Shown: in pieces, positions 59,501 through 64,000 of the stretch | How positions within the stretch are numbered: position 1 is the first letter of the stretch | Layout: every line of letters begins with the position of its first letter | Virus record (IMG/VR): IMGVR_UViG_3300032138_000647 | Coordinates: 1-64,000 of that record | DNA: 64,000 nt | Direction: 5' to 3' (one strand) | From: a virus | Taxonomy: Duplodnaviria; Caudoviricetes | Translations under genes and position numbers: made by a program | The notes under the pieces: model-generated | What the model was told of the DNA's origin: nothing | Databases searched by the model: none | The model's input: only the letters and a program-made list of their open reading frames with translations

Positions 59501-61097
59501 CGCCAATGTAGTCAGCATTGTTGCCTCAAAGGTTCGGATACGAGCAAGGGCTAGTGAGCTTGTATTTATGACAGAGCAGTTTTTGGGGGTCAATGTACAT
59601 GCCACGGTTTCTGCTGGAGGAACGGTTGTTGGAACATTCATAGGGTTCTTGTTTGGTGGTCTAAGCGCAACCGGACCCGGACCACAGACTAATAGTCACC
59701 CACAGTGGGGCTATGTGCCAGATAATGTGGAAAGCTTTGGAACTACAGCTTTACACGGAAGGCTGTTCGATCAGTGGCCAGACGAACAAACTGTATACGA
59801 CCCAAGATACTTTGCCGTTCACCACTTTAATCCGGGAACAGCAGATGAGGTTATAAAAAGCTGGGCCATGACAAGTAGAACGGTATTCTGGGAGCCTGAC
59901 CCGGCAACGAATGGTAGCGGCAATTTGGCACCCGACGATTCGATTAACGTAAGATTTCGACATACGGATGGAAGTCTCGACACCACAAGCTTCGCGGTTC
60001 GTTCAAAACCGAAGGGAAAATGGATGCTGGGAGCACCCTATCCGCACTTTGAAGATGCTGTTATACACGGAGTTGACCACAGGGAGCCTACTTGGGGGCC
60101 GCTGCAAACTGGACCAAACGGAGGCTTTTCCATGGGGAGAGACGGACTGTATGGAATTCCCGGAGAGCACGTATTTGGCGTTCAGTGGGATGGTGGTAAT
60201 GGTATTTACTCTATGAGGCCAACTGGGGATTGGAACATATCTAATACCAGACGCGGAATGCTCCTGTCAAACGGCGGGTTTAAGCATCACAGGCGAACTA
60301 TAGGCGCTGGCGACTTAGAGTATATTGATGTGTCTAGTGGAGATCCTCTAACTACGCCACAAGAGGGCGGAGCTTGGGGGGCTGACCCCCACGATGGGAT
60401 TGATGCAGGATATGATTTTCAAGTAAACGATTTCCTAGAGTTTTATGGAGGCTCAGGAAAGGGCGCTAGACTTCAGGTCACAGCGGTAGAAAGAAACCGC
60501 AGAACAGGCAAAGGTAACAGTTCTAAGGGTGCCATTAAGTATGATGGTGGACAGCTTGCCTTAAAATATGTTCTTGCGGCAGGGGATATAGAGGAGAGAG
60601 GTGCAGACTATAAGGGAGAAGATTTCCCAGCGGTCAAAGGGAATCTCGTTCCCGAGAAGGGGGCTTCATATACAGTAAAGCTGCTACCCACAGATACTCA
60701 AAGTAATGGAAAATTTAGCGGTGGAAGAGAGCCTAGATTACGAGCAGGAAAGATAATAGAAAAGGTCTATACGGATCTTGGGCCATCAGAAAGGGGAAAT
60801 TTGGCGCAATTGTCGCTAGGAAGCAACAACGGAAACGGAAACACAATGGGGTGGAGCGGTCAACCTAACGGAAGAACAAAGGGAACTAGGCAGATATCAT
60901 ACAACATAGCTAGTGAGGGAGATCAAAAGTCTATATTTGACCAAGGAAATCAAGGAACTGTCAAGCACAAGACGCCTGTTGGATCATATGATGCATTCCT
61001 GTATTTTCATAGCGATGTAGGACATATAAGCAACCACGGGGGAGGACTCATGAATGCTCAACAAAACTATATTAACCTTCAAATAACCACACAATAA
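56580..61097 (+). CDS. Large tail spike/central-fibre-like protein (1505 aa)
   Basis: SD AGGAG; follows the hub-like gene; G.D.QV.D.L...GGSG.GA.LQVTAV module near the C-terminus. Confidence 0.5.
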   Translation: MAKFKGMMGQTHEALHVITTKDPYFRSIGLVNFTSGQLWEALKNNVALNTDPNGAPTGRSQQAVWNQIMTSEDANFMHMDDASKETTRLELTSYLPLANSGPFAVDDLIGLNRDWASGLYQTDTHPEECKLLKHVKTGRGGYVQWSGGPPTAGGAAASGSSASGQLTAGLYIDFTPDVTATPSGWASGVPHFPSGQSGIIRAGQNKCVKGFHPTFQVRLFDGSRARNSDRSMVGNGPPTFVAMPKTNFGKPYNWRGTDNDGTPPGQFADLEEGGDSNPSNMVGGELDVAYNRNTGKFEAGTIQCIARLLDDIAAAPLLQFPEGNVDLLTQDCFMPSSDQYTGFFATGRATPMSVHHGNPYTFGPTWKGKKCKKDEKEILIAVNRAQRDYKAGETVMLNKIDGEWIILPMGEIDVVTPGMFGIQQWSFSSFIANSNGYFRDNRYEEKLWTKAGAWGHWGGTIVNEDVHFMIPGGSNSQSGGSVNLTAQEMKVIKTADYEDGFRREFFYSMFYDDGSMIFATPGFAMFPSRKAKDAALNLGYNVNGLLTAIAKGKAGLPVASGAYIRTNMVGALNGYHQTSNFDMVSKAFGGVNTRTILGQQNHDMKCGGQEQEKDDDGTIPGWQMYPFWGPMFKDGYRTVQLDSIRNKTVDIVPCGPTNAYFFNANLPSLGAGDGKSIINMDTDANMMGGPFSWVESDASGVPLTRKLTTSNEGLQLPADIALNASPSGLNGRPMEDLLYIQAWSNVDTRRKDLFERMKYMFKRVDRFGNVITGSGSQARFTWLADPSGFDSVNNHDNPSTSTYDLRPLSPEKISFYPATVEWVASTDPHTFFGPRSDEQLYGGQKRFPWVPVSYQQHWQNARKNWLGGGGAGEEFKLNGYTSPLPGFTFLNTPDVGMGNLYDIIPQRFFQRNQRARLHGNKLLAQDSTGKKLYPLKGLAWQGGHSIDVLPWDYRVMGKSPNKYYPGTMDYYKDNANVVSIVASKVRIRARASELVFMTEQFLGVNVHATVSAGGTVVGTFIGFLFGGLSATGPGPQTNSHPQWGYVPDNVESFGTTALHGRLFDQWPDEQTVYDPRYFAVHHFNPGTADEVIKSWAMTSRTVFWEPDPATNGSGNLAPDDSINVRFRHTDGSLDTTSFAVRSKPKGKWMLGAPYPHFEDAVIHGVDHREPTWGPLQTGPNGGFSMGRDGLYGIPGEHVFGVQWDGGNGIYSMRPTGDWNISNTRRGMLLSNGGFKHHRRTIGAGDLEYIDVSSGDPLTTPQEGGAWGADPHDGIDAGYDFQVNDFLEFYGGSGKGARLQVTAVERNRRTGKGNSSKGAIKYDGGQLALKYVLAAGDIEERGADYKGEDFPAVKGNLVPEKGASYTVKLLPTDTQSNGKFSGGREPRLRAGKIIEKVYTDLGPSERGNLAQLSLGSNNGNGNTMGWSGQPNGRTKGTRQISYNIASEGDQKSIFDQGNQGTVKHKTPVGSYDAFLYFHSDVGHISNHGGGLMNAQQNYINLQITTQ

Positions 61098-61122
61098 TAT
61101 CTCACGGGGAGTCGGATTTTTC

Positions 61123-61139
61123 GTGTATATTATAGTAGA
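61123..61139 (+). promoter_or_regulatory. Putative late promoter GTGTATA-N6-TAGA
   Basis: GTGTATATTATAGTAGA upstream of 61161. Confidence 0.75.
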
Positions 61140-61160
61140 AACTTACAAGGAGAACTTATA

Positions 61161-61925
61161 ATGGCTGCAATTACATTTCTTTCGCAGGTAAATGCGGGTG
61201 AAACCCAAAATACTATAAACCATACCGCAGGCTCTGGGTTGGGCTTTTACGGCGCTGGATACGGCGTGTCTGTACCTGTTGGTCAGACTCAAGACAGTAC
61301 TTGGGTCACGAACTCAAACGGAACTGAAAGCTCACTTCAATACGAACTGTGGAACACCAAAAACGGAGACCCTTCCACTGATACTGGAAGTTCAGTAACT
61401 AATGGTAAGGTTCAAAGCGGAGGCTCTACCAGCAAGATCGAGCTAGACCACCTTGCTAACTACAAAGCTCCTCTCAATATACGATTTAGTCACACTGAGG
61501 CCGTGAGGGTTCAGAACTGCAAGCTACGTATTTTCGATAGAAATAATATCGACAAGCACGCAAGCGGAGTAGTGACATATGTATTCGAGTCACGGCATCC
61601 TGCAAAAGAAGTTAGCGCTGAGGGGCTGACGCATCGCGGAACAGCCGGTCACTATTGGTCAGAGTTTGATTCAGCCGATTCAGCCAAGCCAGCAGACATG
61701 GCGTTTACTAGTTCTCCGGGTGTAAGCGGCTTGAATTCTACTACCGCCGATCAGTCCACGATGTCTAAGTTCCCCGACGCTGGTGCCACCTTGCCAGCAC
61801 CAACCTTCTTGGGAACTCTGCATCAAAGTGATCAGCACGACTGGTACGTGGGACTCAGCGCGCAGCCTACAGAGATTGGAAGCAAAACCCATTACGGTTT
61901 GTACTTTACTCTAGAATATCTGTAA
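61161..61925 (+). CDS. Probable abundant virion structural protein (254 aa)
   Basis: Own late promoter motif, strong SD AAGGAG, S/T/G-rich beta composition. Confidence 0.6.
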   Translation: MAAITFLSQVNAGETQNTINHTAGSGLGFYGAGYGVSVPVGQTQDSTWVTNSNGTESSLQYELWNTKNGDPSTDTGSSVTNGKVQSGGSTSKIELDHLANYKAPLNIRFSHTEAVRVQNCKLRIFDRNNIDKHASGVVTYVFESRHPAKEVSAEGLTHRGTAGHYWSEFDSADSAKPADMAFTSSPGVSGLNSTTADQSTMSKFPDAGATLPAPTFLGTLHQSDQHDWYVGLSAQPTEIGSKTHYGLYFTLEYL

Positions 61926-61926
61926 G

Positions 61927-62556
61927 ATGCTATGGTGCAAGGGGCTTTGGTGTAAGCTTGTTTTCCGAGTAATGGAAAGCAAAGCTTATTCTTGGATCAT
62001 GGACAAGATACCTTTTATAAGGTTTTGTCTGTATTATACCTCTACGCATGGTCAAGAATACAAAAGGGGTTATTCTATACTCCGCGCTGGAGACATTATA
62101 CTAACCAGAGACAACTGGAAGCTGACCACCTTTCTAATTCCCGGAGAATTTCCGCATGCCGCCCTCTGCGTGTCCAAGGGTGGCGACTTTGAAGTGGCGG
62201 AAATGACAAGGGTGGGGTTTAGGAAAAGCGAATTCTACGACATATGCCACGAGTCTGACAGGGTGGTCATAATACGTTGCAAGGATTGGGATAAAGATTA
62301 TATAGAGAAGGTGGTGGAGAAATGCCTGTCGTTTGATGGGGCAAACTACGACATTAAGTTTGAGTTGGGGGTTAAGGCTCTATACTGCTCAGAATTAGTA
62401 GTAGCCAGCGATCCAGAAAAAAGACTTATAGTTTCTTATGGAGACTTAATCGGCCTAGGCCGCCCCTATATATCACCTATGGGAATTTACGCTGCTAAAA
62501 ACATAGAGGTGGTGTGGGATTCTAAAGAGTATAAATGTAGTTTAACAGGGAGATAG
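61927..62556 (+). CDS. Permuted papain-like NlpC/P60 enzyme (YiiX/YebB-like)
   Basis: LRAGDIILTR, PHAAL (His), VAEM, YD..F, LYCSELV (Cys), ISP in the permuted His-before-Cys order. Confidence 0.85.
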   Translation: MLWCKGLWCKLVFRVMESKAYSWIMDKIPFIRFCLYYTSTHGQEYKRGYSILRAGDIILTRDNWKLTTFLIPGEFPHAALCVSKGGDFEVAEMTRVGFRKSEFYDICHESDRVVIIRCKDWDKDYIEKVVEKCLSFDGANYDIKFELGVKALYCSELVVASDPEKRLIVSYGDLIGLGRPYISPMGIYAAKNIEVVWDSKEYKCSLTGR

Positions 62557-62558
62557 CG

Positions 62559-62777
62559 ATGCTCAATATTCTAAAGCGGTTTAAGGTTCAGGCGGCTCTG
62601 GTTGCACTGTGTGGGTTAACTTGGGGGTTCTGTCCGTGGTTTGCTCAGCTAAGGTCAGCTAATGCCAAAGATTGCGCTTGCGAGACGTGTGTAGCTTCTT
62701 GTGAGCATATGAGTGGTGACGCATGTGACTGTCACGACAACGGGTGTGGATGCCCAATGTGCGTACCGGCAGAGTAG
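62559..62777 (+). CDS. Signal-peptide-bearing Cys-rich (metallothionein-like) peptide
   Basis: SD GGGAG; basic then hydrophobic N-terminus ending A-N-A; 9 Cys and 2 His in the last 36 aa. Confidence 0.6.
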   Translation: MLNILKRFKVQAALVALCGLTWGFCPWFAQLRSANAKDCACETCVASCEHMSGDACDCHDNGCGCPMCVPAE

Positions 62778-62835
62778 AACTTACTATAACTTCACAGCTA
62801 ATGACCCCTAGCTGGGGTAAAGCGAGGTGAAAAGC

Positions 62836-62865
62836 AGAAAGCCCCCTTTCGGGGGCTTTCTTTTT
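62836..62865. terminator. Bidirectional intrinsic terminator
   Basis: AGAAAGCCCCC-TTTC-GGGGGCTTTCT then TTTT, between convergent transcription units. Confidence 0.92.
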
Positions 62866-62884
62866 AGGCTTGCTCGTGTAGCTT

Positions 62885-63220
62885 TTACTCGTTCTTCTCA
62901 GTCTTTGGGTTCCACTTAACCCAGCCACCGTCAGGCAACCAGTTGCCTTCACTATCCTTGCGTTTAGGAAAGAGACCACCGCCCTTCTTGTTAGAGCCAA
63001 ACGAGAGCCTAGCCCCGCAGCTTGAACATCTTAACTCGTGGTACTGATTGTCATCCACAGTTCTGACAACGAACTTCACATCGTCACATTTGCATTTGGC
63101 GCAGCAGTCCTGCTCAAACACCTCTTGAAACCTGCCTATCTGTGCGAACAGATCTCTGTGAGAATCACCCTCGATTTCTACGCTAATTCTTTTATTGTTT
63201 GTAGTGTAGGTTAATTTCAT
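62885..63220 (-). CDS. Zinc-ribbon hypothetical protein
   Basis: Start MKLTYTT overlaps the upstream stop (TAATG on the minus strand); CAKC...CSSC pairs. Confidence 0.7.
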   Translation of the reverse strand: MKLTYTTNNKRISVEIEGDSHRDLFAQIGRFQEVFEQDCCAKCKCDDVKFVVRTVDDNQYHELRCSSCGARLSFGSNKKGGGLFPKRKDSEGNWLPDGGWVKWNPKTEKNE

Positions 63221-63993
63221 TAGCTTCTCCACTCCTCTTTGTAGCCTGTAATTGACTCTGGAATACTAGTTTTATCTCTTTGATACTCGTTAAGCTGATC
63301 TATGATATCGCTAGCTACTTTTTTGGACACCTTACGATTGCTGTCCACACTAAATATTTGTTTGAACAAGGTCTCGCCATTCACGTCAAGCTGTCTGCAC
63401 TTGACATCAATGAAGTTGTATTGAGCATCGCTCATACGCGCCTCTTCATTAAAATCACCATCTTGAGAGGCTCCAGAAGCGGCCCTAGATGCCTTGCGAA
63501 CAAGCTCAGCAGTGTTCTTGCTGGTGATTTCCTCTGCTGCAACGCCTTTAATTTTGAGAGCCTTTCTCAGTGCTCTGCCCTCTGCTCTGGTGCTTGCTGT
63601 TGCGACGGCATAGGCACAAAACATGTCATCTGTGTTGCCTTCCCAAACGTCAGCGACCTCTGAATACCTCATTCCGCTTTGGAATTCTACAGTGAATACG
63701 ACAGTGGCTCTACCGTGATGATCGTCGCGCTGAACTGGGAACACCTGCGTAGGCCCACTGAAGACAATAGGCCCCAGCACAAGCTCAGACACCCGCCTTA
63801 AGCCAGCTACCAGCGGATTACCATCAATAAGCTCTGACTCATCAAACAGAGACAGAACATGTTCGTTCCACTCAGGTGACAGCATGGACGGGGCTTCTTC
63901 CACAAGCACGTTCTTGACAGAGGTGTCTACATCTTCCGACATTTGCAATTCCATAGTTTCAAACATATCTTCTTCCTCTTTCTTTTGGTTCAT
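63220..63993 (-). CDS. Probable single-strand DNA annealing protein (Rad52/Sak-like)
   Basis: Beta-hairpin followed by ATASTRAEGRALRKAL helix; C-terminal S.AQ...I / SK..ASDIIDQL helical module. Start uncertain at the window edge. Confidence 0.55.
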   Translation of the reverse strand: MNQKKEEEDMFETMELQMSEDVDTSVKNVLVEEAPSMLSPEWNEHVLSLFDESELIDGNPLVAGLRRVSELVLGPIVFSGPTQVFPVQRDDHHGRATVVFTVEFQSGMRYSEVADVWEGNTDDMFCAYAVATASTRAEGRALRKALKIKGVAAEEITSKNTAELVRKASRAASGASQDGDFNEEARMSDAQYNFIDVKCRQLDVNGETLFKQIFSVDSNRKVSKKVASDIIDQLNEYQRDKTSIPESITGYKEEWRS

Positions 63994-64000
63994 AATTCGA

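Noticed and set aside
62796-62811. AGCTAATGACCCCTAG resembling the 3' end of a fluoride riboswitch
   Set aside because: The 5' GAUGG..UUC half is missing, and it lies downstream of genes, before a terminator.
706-63663. Many short antisense or alternate-frame ORFs in the track
   Set aside because: They lie wholly within long, tightly packed genes, lack SD or motif support, and are typical shadow ORFs.
1-64000. Stop-codon reassignment (code 15 or 4/25) within this window
   Set aside because: Very long ORFs are intact under code 11 and TAG ends genes at clear boundaries; only TGA non-use is reported.

Overview
A 64-kb segment of a large tailed dsDNA phage (Caudoviricetes). No sheath gene is seen, so the tail is probably long and non-contractile. 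It covers almost the whole late virion-structure region on the + strand. Order: 5'-truncated portal, prohead protease with a nested scaffold start, decoration protein, major capsid, about 16 kb of fibre/appendage genes, neck genes, major tail protein, two paralogous chaperone-like genes, a 2634-aa tape measure protein (TMP), a 4162-aa FG-GAP/LamG tail protein and further tail-tip proteins. The unit ends with a permuted NlpC/P60 enzyme and a Cys-rich exported peptide. A bidirectional terminator separates it from two convergent minus-strand genes, one a probable single-strand annealing protein. No tRNA, rRNA, CRISPR array, integrase or transposase was seen, and the host cannot be determined. Main observations: (1) the TMP has three repeated 'xxxGG...DTVPxxLTPGEFV...xxxGG' units, two of which bracket a basic PD-(D/E)xK-nuclease-like insert that may be injected cargo; (2) Ser-Gly is strongly enriched in predicted surface virion proteins, a possible modification sequon; (3) a structured RNA with three AAGGAU motifs hides the start codon of one of two duplicated chaperone paralogs, possibly replacing the G/GT frameshift; (4) an integrin-alpha-like 7-blade propeller carries a VWA-like insert; (5) a GTGTATA-N6-TAGA late promoter motif recurs; (6) none of 33 genes ends in TGA, and CCWGG appears absent. 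All product names come from by-eye motif recognition and synteny, not database searches.
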